Assembly: GCF_006345805.1 (NCBI RefSeq)
Contig: NC_043001.1
Coordinates: forward strand, 43,896,001-43,960,000
Source: Octopus sinensis
Lineage: Eukaryota
Length of the DNA stretch: 64,000 nt
Reading direction: 5' to 3'
Notes under the pieces: model-generated
What the model was told of the DNA's origin: nothing
The model's input: the letters and a program-made list of their open reading frames with translations, nothing else
The model's database searches: none
In this document: positions 1 through 12,004 of the stretch, in pieces
Numbering within the stretch: the stretch's first letter is position 1
Layout: the number at the start of each line of letters is the position of its first letter
Made by a program: the position numbers and the translations under genes

Positions 1-392
1 CGGCTCGAGGCTATAGTAGAAGACGTTTGCCTAAGGTGTCACGCAGTGGGACTGAACAGAAAGCATGTGGTTGGGAAGCAAGCTTCTTACCACACCTAAT
101 GGATACGAAGAACTTTCGTCAAGGTGACTCCAACTAAGAGGTATGCGCTGTGAGTGCTCAAATAGGTATACCACTAAAATTCCGGTTTGAACTGCTGTTG
201 AAAGCGTGCTTTTGTGACTGCCTTTTCCAAAACGGCTAGAAGTAGCGTTCCTTTGAGTCGGTAAGTATAGATTAAAGCAGAAAAGAAAAGGCAAATAGTT
301 TGGCAAAACTTGACAATACACCTTTTATTATATAGCTAAAATAAATGTGCTCAAGTCTTGCCAAACTGTTTGCCGTTTCTTTTCTACTTTAA

Positions 393-483
<91 letters not shown>

Positions 484-570
484 AGAGTTTACGAAAAAAC
501 AAAAGACGAAGACAGGTGGTGTACAAAACAAACAGATGTATTAGTATAACGCTCAGGAATAGAAAAAGTA

Positions 571-604
571 TTTTACGTTTCGAGCCTACGCTCTTCTACA
601 GAAA
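571..604 (-). ncRNA. minimal hammerhead relic, extra-A family (A6U)
   Basis: UUU CUGUAGA A GAGC-GUAG-GCUC GAA ACGU A AAA. Confidence 0.55.
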
Positions 605-677
605 GGGACACAGAAAAAACAAGGAGAGAAAAAAATGTCTGTAGTGGCTAACGATCTATCATGTGTATATATATATA

Positions 678-721
<44 letters not shown>

Positions 722-1196
722 GTGTAGTGAATCTTGCAAGCTTGAAGTGGATTCGATCCACCATAGCCAAATTTAAATTAACAGTTCGACAGAACTTTTC
801 TCAAGGTGGAACAATGGTTGTTTCAGTGACACCAGTTTAACATTTGCCAGATTGCCTTTAGCTAAGCCGAAATAATGTCTTCACCGTTTGACCCTTATAA
901 CCTCTTCTACTTCACCAAAAGCTGAAATTGATGAAGACAAGTGATTACGAAATGTCAAGTAACTGACACTGTTTAGCACGTGACAAGATAATCGGAATAA
1001 TAATAATTAGCTCTTATATAACAAGGTCTATTTTTAAAAAAAAGATTTGATAAAGTCAACAAAATATATTAGAGGTACTTTATCCGCACATCCCGTTCCA
1101 TCAAACGACTTGATTTCTATGACATTTCCATATGTAATTAACAAAAAATACACGAGACACCAAGCAATCTTGTTTGTTCATTAATTATCTATCTAT

Positions 1197-1600
1197 AGGC
1201 GCAGGAGTAGCTGTGTGGTAAGTAGCTTGCTAATCAACCACATGGTTCCGGGTTCAGTCCCACTGCGTGACATCTTGGGCAAGTGTCTTCTGCTATAGCC
1301 CCGGGCCGACCAATGCCTTGTGAGTGGATTTGGTAGACGGAAACTGAAAGAAGCCTGTCGTATATATGTATATATATATATATGTATGTGTGTCTGTGTT
1401 TGTTCCCCTAGCATTGCTTGACAACCGATGCTGGTGTGTTTACATCCCCGTCACTTAGCGGTTCGGCAAAAAGAGACCGATAGAATAAGTACTGGGCTTA
1501 CAAAGAATAAGTCCCGGGGTCGATTTGCTCGACTAAAGGCGGTGCTCCAGCATGGCCGCAGTCAAATGACTGAAACAAGTAAAAGAGAGTAAAAGAGAGA
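1197..1600 (+). mobile_element. tRNA-derived SINE (family 1)
   Basis: A/B-box-like head (TGTGTGGTAAG, GGTTCAGTCCC), internal microsatellite, conserved tail; further copies near 1-95(-), 4626-4740(+), 19770-19870(-), 24690-25080(-), 41220-41380(+), 43335-43745(-), 44520-44880(-), 46290-46428(+). Confidence 0.85.
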
Positions 1601-2185
1601 GTGTATGAAATAATTATGAGTTGATTGTTATTAGGAGAATGGACTGGAAGACGTTAATATCATGAAAGACATATTAAACGATGAAAATTTGTTGAGCAAT
1701 TAATTGTTATTATTCAGTCTGTGTGTGTGTGTGTGTGTGTGTGTGCATATTATCTTTATTGATATGTATATATGTCTATTCGTATGTATTTGCACACGAT
1801 TTTATGCAAATTTGTGAATTCAGGCTTACACAGATGCGTGCGCGTACACACACGCACGCACGAATACACACACACACGCATAGGAAATTAAATAAATGAT
1901 AAATGAAGCCGAAATTATGTGCAATGAGCTTCATTAGCTTACAGCTGTTTCTGCTATAAGAAGCAGTGCACTCGGATCTGAGTGCTTGTGAATCACCTTA
2001 TAGTTTCCTCGGAGATTCAAAGATGGAGTGCAAGTTTATTTGGGAAAGCTTTTACAGATATAGAGAAGATCACTATCAAAAATATAAAAATACATAAGAA
2101 ATTAGATATAGAGTTTGAAGAAAAAAAGTCACTCCCAGAAATATATATATTTGAATCATTTTAATTTGTGTGTGTGTGTGTGTGT

Positions 2186-2218
<33 letters not shown>

Positions 2219-2258
2219 ACGCGTGTGTTTGTGTGTGTGTTATTTTTCCTCTAAACCC

Positions 2259-2292
2259 ATTCTACCGAAGAGCGTAGGTTTGAAACGTCAAT
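2259..2292 (+). ncRNA. minimal hammerhead relic, extra-A family (two core changes)
   Basis: AUU CUACCGA A GAGC-GUAG-GUUU GAA ACGU C AAU. Confidence 0.42.
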
Positions 2293-2384
2293 CACTTTTC
2301 CATTCTTCCCGAGCCTCAAACTATTACACCTGCTTGTTGTTCCCCTACCTATCTTCGTCTTTTGTTTTCTGTAAATTTGAACCA

Positions 2385-2424
<40 letters not shown>

Positions 2425-2604
2425 AGACGCATGATGAACCCTATATAAATAACTATTCATGTGCCTACATAAAAAATAAAGAGCACGTATCTTTAAAAGA
2501 CATTTTATTGCATACATATGACTGACCATAACAACCCAGGCATAAAAACAAAACAAAGAGAAAATGAATGAATCTAAAATCTAGATAAAGAGAAAGAAAG
2601 ATAG

Positions 2605-2813
<209 letters not shown>

Positions 2814-3217
2814 GGTTCGTGCTATGCTTAGAATCGATATAGTTTTCTAGGATTTTTCGATTCACGTCCGGTAGAAAAACGCATTCCAATTCCTTGTAGG
2901 GTATCCGTATAAACAAACTAAGGACTGGCTGGCTTGTAATGGCGTGAAAAACTAACTGGCATCTCTTACCGAGTGTACAAGCGACAGTTAGATCACTGAT
3001 GTTTGTTGCGTACTCAGCTGTCGTTATTTGGTTGCTATTATTCTGTGTGTCTCTGCGTAAAGATCAGTTGTGTTTTGCAGGGTTGCTTTATTTTTACCTT
3101 TAACTTAGACATGGAGAAAGACATAGTGCTAGATATAAAAAAAAACATAAGCCACTTGGGGCGAAATCTGTGATGAGGCCGAGTGACGCTGATGACTTGG
3201 AGTCGCCGACGATCTGA

Positions 3218-3254
<37 letters not shown>

Positions 3255-3307
3255 TATATATATATATATGAATGTATATACATATATATATATGTGTGTG
3301 TGTGTGT

Positions 3308-3356
<49 letters not shown>

Positions 3357-3958
3357 GTGTGTGTGTGTGTGGTCTGCTCATCGGCGACTAAACTAGCAAC
3401 CCCATCAAGCTTGCATGGTCAAGAGGGCGACTGTTGGAAACTGGACATCTTGCAGGACGAAAAATAAGAGCTATGAAAGGGCGGAAGAGCTCGTGAGCAA
3501 TAAATAGTCATTCCACAATTTGTATACATGTGTATACATGCATGCATGTATGCGCGGGATGTTAAATACCTGGGTTGGTGTCCAGGCGCGCGGTTGTTTC
3601 ACCGGCAATAGGATGTCCATCTTTTGTCGTCACAACATCTTTCTAGGAGAGGGAAACTCCGACACCGGCAATATTCGATGATGTAGACTAGTTCTTCTTT
3701 TCGAGTTTATGTTGTCCACTATAAAATCCTTTCCCCACTATAAAAAATCATCATGCACAGACATCGCTTCAAAAAGAAAAATTGTAAGACCTATCACAAA
3801 GATGGCTGGTCGTAGCCTTCGCATGTGTGGGACGTTCGATCAAGCGATGGCAGTATGTATATATATATATGTATATACTTAAATATAAGAGAGTTACCGC
3901 TACATACATACATACATATATATATATATATATTATATATATATATATATATAATATA

Positions 3959-4048
<90 letters not shown>

Positions 4049-4570
4049 ATATATATAGGTTATGAGAGATAATGGTGCCAAGAAGCCCCAAATGTGTCAG
4101 GTAATGCTGAGTAAGTGATATGGACAGACTATAGTAAAGCTCTAAGTTCGGTGATTATGCGAATGAGGAGTCCAACGTAGGTCATATATTAGCATGCGTA
4201 TATATAAAAAATTAACAGAATGCGATAAAAAATGCAACGCTGCGAAAGATTTCAGAACATTTATAAAGGGACTCTATGCTTGGAATGACCAATTATAAAT
4301 ACCATTGGTACTCACACACAAGGTACAGGAAACTTATATATATACCATTCTGCTTAAATAATGGAACCGCAGATACAATATCTTACGTATCTCAAACCTG
4401 TTTTCATTCCTCCACTTCACTCTGTATCTTTTCTATAATAACTATTGCTTAACCATTTCTCTCACTGAAGTGATATGTAAAATATCCCGGAAACAGCTGT
4501 AAGACCTTCTCTTTATAAATGTTCTGAAATCTTTCACACCCCTGGATTTTTTTATCTCATTCTTTTAATT

Positions 4571-4609
<39 letters not shown>

Positions 4610-4740
4610 AACTTGTATATATAGGTACAAGAGTGGCTGTGTGGTAAGTAGCTTACTTACCAACCACATGGTTCTGGGGTCAGTCCCACTGCGTGACACC
4701 TTGGGCAAGCGTCTTCTGCTATAGCCTCGGGCTATAGTAG

Positions 4741-5379
4741 TTTCTGCAACATGTTTTGAAGATAACCGTTTTATGATAACCGTAATCGATCAGGTCAATG
4801 GCTTGATCGTGATGAGCCCCCCCCCCCCAACATTTCCCAAAGCCAAAGTTGCATCAGCAAAAGATTATAGTGACTGTCTGTTGGTCTGCAATTGGTGTTA
4901 TCCATTACAGCTTTCTGGAAGCCATACAGCAGAGGTTGTAATGCTCAGTTGCTCACTTGCGAAAAATGAGACCTGCATTGGTGAGTCGGCGTGGCCCAAT
5001 TCTGCTCCACGATACTGCAAAGCCACATGTTGCAAGAATGATGCTGCAGAAACTCACAGACATGGGATACGAGACTTTACAACTTCTATATTTTCCTGAT
5101 CTTCCACCCACTGACTACCATTTTTTAAAGCATTTAAACACATTTGTAGGAGATAAAACTTTCTGGTCCAAACCAGAGGTGGAATCAGCTTTCAAAGATT
5201 TCTTAGCATCAAAGTCAACAAGTTTTTATCAGCGAGGTATAAATAATCTCGTTCATCGATGGCAGAGATGTATAGATGTTCACGGGTCATACTTTGACTA
5301 ATCAAAACATTTTTATTGTTATTTTTTCCAGAATAAAATTGTTTCTGAAATCGGCCATTATTTTCGGAACAACTTAATA
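4741..5379 (+). mobile_element. 5'-truncated mariner (D,D34D-type) transposase relic with right TIR
   Basis: YDNRNRSGQWLD, ILLHDTAKPH, PDLPPTDYHF, RWQRCIDVHGSYFD; TIR reverse complement TTAAGTTGTTCCGAAAATAATGGCCG ending at TA. Confidence 0.9.
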
Positions 5380-5386
5380 CCCCCTC

Positions 5387-5450
<64 letters not shown>

Positions 5451-5779
5451 TAAGTAATTAAGGGTTTACCAACGATTTGCCTCACCACACACCGAATTTA
5501 GAAATAGCAGTCAAAAAGTTTTGGCTATTCTTTCTACTTAAAAGGGAGATTCCAGTAAAACCAAAGCACTTAAAAAGCAAAAGAGAAAGAAATGACGAAA
5601 ATCATTCTATATTAAGTCACCTACGGACGTACGTTTCGGAATTAAGTCATAGCAGAGCATAAAAAAAATATATATATAGTTAATCCAAACATGAAAACAC
5701 AAAGAGAAAACACAACAACGCGAGGACGTGGAACAAATATAGTATTATTGGACGTTCAGGAAGGAAGGGAAGAAGGAGG

Positions 5780-5814
5780 GTCTAACGTTTCGAGCGGAAC
5801 TCTTCGTCGGAAAC
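5780..5814 (-). ncRNA. minimal hammerhead relic, extra-A family (U4C)
   Basis: GUUU CCGACGA A GAGU-UCC-GCUC GAA ACGU U AGAC. Confidence 0.58.
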
Positions 5815-5946
5815 ATAGGAGAAGGAAAGGTTCAGAGAAGGGAAGACAGAGGGAAAAAAATCGCCAACGGTACACACTATGTGGGACTTTCGGTCAGGCA
5901 ACAGCAATACTCGAACACAAGTTTGCAGTCATAGTATACAAACACT

Positions 5947-6006
<60 letters not shown>

Positions 6007-6926
6007 ACCATGTCAATGTTCCGATATATTTTTGTGATGTACTCGAGTAAATTTATATTAGTTCACAAAATGGTACGTATTTAGCACGTGTCCAGAAAAG
6101 GAAAAAAACTTTTACAGTGCATTGCTCTGAAACAATTAAGCTTTTTGTTGTATTTCTCCCTTCCTATCGAAATATAGTTTATATGTATGTGTGGGTAATA
6201 TGGATGTGTATTTATGGAAGAGCAGAAAATAGAGAAAGAGAGAGTTAGTGAGTGCGTGCGAGAGAGAATATCACCAGTGTCCAGAGGACAAATATCAACG
6301 ATCAGAGAAGTGCATAATATAGACACGTGATTCGAGTTAACATGGGTGTGTATGCGTGTGAGGCGCGCGTTTGTGTGTGTGGGGGCGTTTTTGTGTGGGT
6401 GTTTGTGTGTGGAGGTATGTGTGTGTGTGCGGGCGCGCGCATATATGCGTGGGTGCAGCGTTGTTGATGTTTAACGCTCAACTAACTAGACAAAATAAAA
6501 GGCATTCCATTCGTGACTGTCTAGTCTTTCGTCTGATATGAAATGTATCCTTGCCTCTCTTTTTAATGACGTCTGGGTATAATTTAAGGGAAATCTGTCT
6601 GTTATTTCTGGCAGTGAGCGGGTGACTACGAAGCCCCTATTTCATATAATTGTTGTTTAGTCCCTGGTCAGTTCTGATCGAGCAGATCTATGCTCAAAGG
6701 TATTCTTGCCGTGACCATCACGTCTCTTAGGTGTATGTAAGACTATGGTGTCAAAAGTTCTTTGTTTATTTGAAATAGAAGGGTATGTCTTACAAACTTT
6801 TTTCAATTTACAACAAATAAAACTATTTTGGGGAACTCTGCGCATAAAGCATACTAATGTATTTTTAACAAAAGATATCTATAGGTAGTGAGTAAGTCTA
6901 GGTAGAGCTTGGACAGAAGAAGTCTG

Positions 6927-7344
6927 GGATCTTTTCGGTTTGAACGGCAGAGATTAACATAATTTCTAGGTAACTAAAAAATTTTAAACTTCGTATACTG
7001 GTAGAATGTGTTTATAAAACGTCTTTTTCTCTTGGCTTTATTGAGAAAATTCTATAGTTTGTAAGATATTTGTTGTTTTTTTTTTCTTGCATTTCTGCAA
7101 TTTCAACCAATCAGTGACGTCCATTGAGGTAAAAAACATTCTGTGCCGTATGAATATGTCCCTCGTTTAAGAAACAGATTGAGTTTATTTACATATGTGA
7201 AGAAAAAAAGATACCCTTCCCCCACCCCTAACCCTAACCCTAAAACAGATTGAAATGCAATTGATCGATACTAGGGTCATAATTATGGGTGACAATTTCA
7301 TATGACACCGCTAGAAAAAACTGCCGTTTAAACCGAAAAGATCC
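6927..7344. mobile_element. MITE, copy 1 (TIR GGATCTTTTCGGTTTGAACGGCAG, 8-bp TSD GAAGTCTG; Merlin-like)
   Basis: TIRs at both ends; TSD at 6919-6926 and 7345-7352; internal (AACCCT)n. Confidence 0.8.
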
Positions 7345-8157
7345 GAAGTCTGCCAACAAGAAGCCCATCTCATGCAAATGTTTCGAACCTGTAGTCCTTA
7401 CACTCTAAGGTGGCCGGATCGCATCAAGGTCATAATTCTTGGATACTCATCTGCTTCCACATTTTGTGCTATTATTTGTATTGTAACCTCCACCTTCCTT
7501 GCTGTTTAAAGTACTCCAGATCCAAAGTACCATGTGTGATGTAAGCATTTTGGTCTAAAGCAGCAGTTGAACGTAAGGTAAATTATACCTTACATATCTA
7601 GTTGGGATACTTTGCGGCTGCTTCCGGCATTGCCTTAAGAGCTCTAGTTATCTTTTCCCCAGAAATTGCGAGCCGTTTCATGAGGTCGTAGGTAGATTCG
7701 CCCACAAACCTCTCGCTCTCACCTCTATGATAAGAACTTTGGTTTGGCAGTCAGATACTCTCAATTTGATGGCGTCACTGCCACAATTTCCATGTTTTAG
7801 ATGTGGGCTTTCTCTATTTTGCTTTCATATGACACGTTGAATTGAACCAGAATTATTTGTTAAATGACAGTGAGTGGAGTACAATATCCAGTTTTATATC
7901 ACTCTTGTTCATGATTTCCGAATAAGATTTTCGGGAAGGCTATGTGAGCACTCATTATTAAATCTCAGAACGAGATGTAAACAGTAATCGCTCGACAATG
8001 TAAAGTATAATAGCCATCTCAATATGGCTAACCACAAAGGGGGTGTTACTGTAGCTTTTTAGCCCCAGGAGATCATCGTCTCCAGCTGGCTTTAGGCACA
8101 CTATCTGTGCCCTTATGGTATTTGCAAAGGGACGCCATCCCTTTCTCGTAGGCCTAA

Positions 8158-8217
8158 GTGATACGCACCGGACCGCAGTTTCGAGGTTATTGCCTCTTAT
8201 CAACGGGCGGTAATCAC
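8158..8217 (-). ncRNA. type I hammerhead ribozyme, U3-A8 core variant
   Basis: minus strand GUGAU-UAC-CGC-CCG UUGAUAA GAGG-CAAUAA-CCUC GAA ACUGCGGU C CGG-U-GCG-U-AUCAC; all three stems pair, GUC cleavage triplet (C17 = 8171). Confidence 0.8.
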
Positions 8218-8516
8218 CGGATCACGATTAAAGAAAAAGCCTGTATGCAAATATATAAGAGTTTTTCTAGTGACTTCTGCCACTGATTTCGAAAAACTGT
8301 CTGCAAGCATTATTAAATCTCAGAACGAGATGTAAACAGTAATCGCTCGACAATGTAAAGTATAATAGCCATCTCAATATGGCTAACCACAAAGGGGGGG
8401 GTTGTTACTGTAGCTTTTTAGCCCCAGGAGATCATCGTCTCCAGCTGGCTTTAGGCACACTATCTGTGCCCTTATGGTATTTGCAAAGAGAGGCCATCCC
8501 TTTCTCGTAAGCCTAA

Positions 8517-8575
8517 GTGATACGCACCGGACCGCGGTTCGAGGTTATTGCCTCTTATCAACGGGCGGTAATCAC
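8517..8575 (-). ncRNA. second tandem U3-A8 hammerhead, lacking one A of GAAA
   Basis: same fold, perfect palindromic stem III ACCGCGGU, but core reads GAAC; possibly inactive or a 1-nt indel. Confidence 0.65.
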
Positions 8576-10760
8576 CGGGATGGCCTCCCTTTGCAAATAC
8601 CATAAGGGGACAGATAGTGTGCCTAAAGCCAGCTGGAGACGATGATCTCCTGGGGCTAAAAAGCTACAGTAACACCCCTCTTTGTGGTTAGCCATATTGA
8701 GATGGCTATTATACTTTACATATGTGAGCACTTCCAGTCATCTATTCCATCCACTAGACTCTGCTTCTATGGTTCAATTGGGACAGCTGTTCCAGACTAC
8801 AATCTTTTGTCCTCTGCCATATGGAACATTGGTCGATCTTCTGGTGGCACCATCTTTCCCCTTGCAGTACACATAGTATGTAAGATCTTTTTACGCATTT
8901 GATTGTCCTCTATGCAAGCTTCTTTAGGCTGGCTCACTTTGCATGAGCTCTGGACATGACCTAGTTGTCTGCCTTGGTGGAGTAGGCATGTAGCGTTTTC
9001 TAATTTCTTCCACCTCACCAAGTTTGTGTTTTGTATGTATTCCAATATTTCCCTAAACTTGAGGCTCTTCTTTGCTGCATCCACCACTTTCTGAACGTGT
9101 TATTTTCTGCTAGTCCTCACAACCTTATCCTCTGCATTTTCAAGCATACACAAAATCTTTGCTTTTCCAGTCTTGTATTATTCTGCGATTGACTTTAGGG
9201 GTAGCTTCAATTTTGCTTGGAGACAGTAGAAATCAATATGAATAAGGCAAGGTGGGACATTAAGCCATTTCCTTATGTATTTATTAATCTTAGCCCATCA
9301 TTTCCACTAGTGCTGTTATCACATATCAGGAAAGACTGGACGAGCTTTGGTATTTGCATGAAATGTGGGCACCAAACTTTGTATTTACCAGAAGTCACAC
9401 TGGTCTATTTCCCACAAGCTCTCTCCTGTCATTTGTTTAGCTTCATTTTCCTTTTTATGTCATTCAAGGAACAATCAGTCACACGAACATCCAAGGCTCT
9501 TGGCTAGTTTTTTTACTACTGCTGGAATTGGCTGGTTGGCTACAGTGAACGAGATCTAAACAGCTACTCACCCTCCTCTACCGTAGTAGGAGACTCCGTG
9601 ACTTCTTAGGTTTGAATCTCATTCTGGGTGAGGTGACTACCTCATCTAACTGCCTCAGTATCCTATGTACTTCTTCCTCCCTCGTGGAAGGTACTATCTT
9701 GTCATCCATAAAGGTTATTAGAGGTGGTTTTCAGTTTCCATTTCCAAGGTCTAAACAATAATACTCGTCACTGCCTTCAAGATGACCTTCATTACCAACA
9801 CAAACAATATTTGAGATATGGCACAGCGCATAACTGTGTTAACATCCAGATTGATAAACTCATCACTCCTCACCAGGGAAAAGAGGAGCTTATGTTCTCT
9901 CCCCAAACTTACACACTTTTCAGTCTGAATTCTCCATCTCAATTTTTCTAACATTTTCCTCCCCAGTTGCCCCATCATTATAAACTTCCCTTTGTCTCCC
10001 TTATTCCCCTCTCCCAAACCGCTCTTGTGCACTTCACTCACCCTCCCACCCTACGTGTAACTCACCCCAATATACACAATCTGAAGCCCACCACCACACA
10101 GACACGTAAATGCATACACATTCTGCTTACACACACACCAACGTAATAATGTATATTCACCCATACACATACACACATTCGCACACACGTATTGTCATTC
10201 ACGTAATTTCCTCCGCCCCTGCCATTCCTGCTTTGCTTGACAACTGTTTCACACCTAACTCATTAGCAAACACATACTCATATGCCGGCGTCAACATTTT
10301 CTTTTCCTATATTTCTTACCCTCGTTCTGTTATTCCCTTTTCTGTTTAAGCGATTTCCTTTTCTGCCATTTTCGCCCACCATATAAATAAAATGATACTT
10401 CTCTACGCCTTTATGCCATGTATTCTGACTCTAATCTCTTCGGTTGTTATTTCCCGATTTTACTGCCGGCATTTCTTCAGTATCTTTGATTCTCAAGACT
10501 TTCCACTAGTCATGTAATTAAAAGAAAATTCTCTCTGTTTTTTTTCCCCCTTTAGAAATGCTTTAACTTCTACATGTGCTAACATACCAACCGTTATCAG
10601 TTCGTCAAATACTATAGACATTCCTTCCTCCCCGAACTTTGCGCCTGTTGTATAACCTTCTTGGACTTCTTATTGGTGAGTTATTGTGTTTTTAATTTTC
10701 TTGTCTTACCGAACTTAAAAATTTATTTGTATATCAGTTTTGTATTGTAACTAATTTTTC

Positions 10761-11182
10761 GGATCTTTTCGGTTTGAACGGCAGTTTTTAACATAATTTC
10801 TAGGTAACTAAAAAATTTTAAACTTTGTATACTGATAGAATGTGTTTATAAAACATCTTTTTCTCTTGGCTTTATTGAGAAAATTCTATAGTTTGTAAGA
10901 TATTTGTTGTCTTTTTTCTTCAATTTCTGCAATTTCAACCAATCAGTGACGTCTGTTGAGTTAAAAACCATTCTGTACCGTATGAATATGTCCCTCGTTT
11001 AAGAAGCAGATTGGGTTTATTTACATTTGTGAAGAAAAAAAGATACCCTTCCCCCACCCCTAACTCTAACCCTAATCCTAAAACAGATTGAAATGCAATA
11101 GATCGATACTAGGGTCATAATTATGGGTGACAATTTCATATGACACCGCTAGAAAAAACTGCCGTTCAAACCGAAAAGATCC
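10761..11182. mobile_element. MITE, copy 2 of the same family
   Basis: same TIRs and body as 6927-7344; flanked by a 41-bp direct repeat (10719-10759 / 11183-11223). Confidence 0.8.
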
Positions 11183-12004
11183 AAATTTATTTGCATATCA
11201 GTTTTGTATTGTAACTAATTTTTCTCTAATTTTGATTCTGTTTTTCTCTTACTTGTCTCCTCTTCTTCAAATCGCATTTTTCTTCTTTTACTTGTTTCTC
11301 ATGTTCCTTTTTCAGTTTTTAAAATGTTCTCCTTTTCATTTATATGTTTTACACCGTTCCTCATGCCTCACTAATTTTCTCTCACAGTACACAAAAAACC
11401 CCTTTTAGCACCAGTGCTGTGTTGTAATTATTCTTTCTTTAGTTTTTCTGATCTCATCTTGAATGCTTACCGTTCGTCAAACTTTCCTTCCCTTGTTCAT
11501 GTCTTTCTTCCATACAAGTACGTCTCACATTCATACACTTATATGGACTTTGATCACACTCTCTACGTTCCCTTTGCCTTCTACTTTACTTCACGCTCAC
11601 GTCTGCTCCTTCCTCCTCACTTCTACTCTTTTCTCACATACTCAATACAATTACAAACATCACACCTCATACTCTTACTAACCCACGCCACTATACCTCA
11701 GCGCTTTCACTCCTCTACAGACATACACCCCTATAAAAATCCACATACACACCACATTCATTCCTTATGTCTATTTATAAACACAGTTACTCTCCTATAC
11801 GTGCACTCAACCTGCTCTTCTCAGCTCCCCCATAAAACAACCTTCCCACCAGGCTCCTAACCATCCATCCGTTTTCCTTTCTTTCTTCAATCATTTTCTT
11901 CTTTTCGTCCTAAGCTTTTCTTCAGTTGAAGAACGAACATCCAAAACGTTAAGACATTTCCCTTCTATCGTTTTTTAAGTGTTAAACAAACTAAATTAAT
12001 CATA

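Larger units (their letters stand above)
7953..8720 (-). mobile_element. retrozyme-like non-autonomous retroelement (tandem HHR repeat plus 5' inversion)
   Basis: direct repeats 7953-8220 / 8308-8578; 8579-8720 is an inverted copy of about 8354-8498; flanked by TATGTGAGCACT at 7941-7952 and 8721-8732. Confidence 0.8.
7400..9900 (-). mobile_element. degenerate HERO-like (R2 superfamily) non-LTR retrotransposon, 3' half, interrupted at 7953-8720
   Basis: broken minus-strand frames give RT (PLITFMDD, RMRFKPKKSRSL, INKYIRKWL.VP, KLPLKSIAE), a CCHC-like knuckle (CLLHQGRQLGHVQSSCKV) and REL endonuclease (DIVLHS, IEVRARG). Confidence 0.72.

Noticed and set aside
2820-3100. possible minus-strand exon with a gtaaga donor near 2968
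   Set aside because: all upstream frames contain stops and no partner exon was found
5610-5665. minus-strand GAA-ACGUACGU-C palindrome resembling an HHR stem III
   Set aside because: no recognisable CUGANGA or stem II; at best a heavily decayed relic
7220-7245. interstitial telomere
   Set aside because: only 2-3 hexamers, internal to a MITE and repeated in its second copy
8110-8220. HDV-like ribozyme on the plus strand (CCT-TTCTCGT-AGG resembles P3/L3)
   Set aside because: P1 pairs only partly, no C75/J4-2/P2 arrangement found, the second copy breaks P3, and the minus-strand hammerhead explains the conservation better
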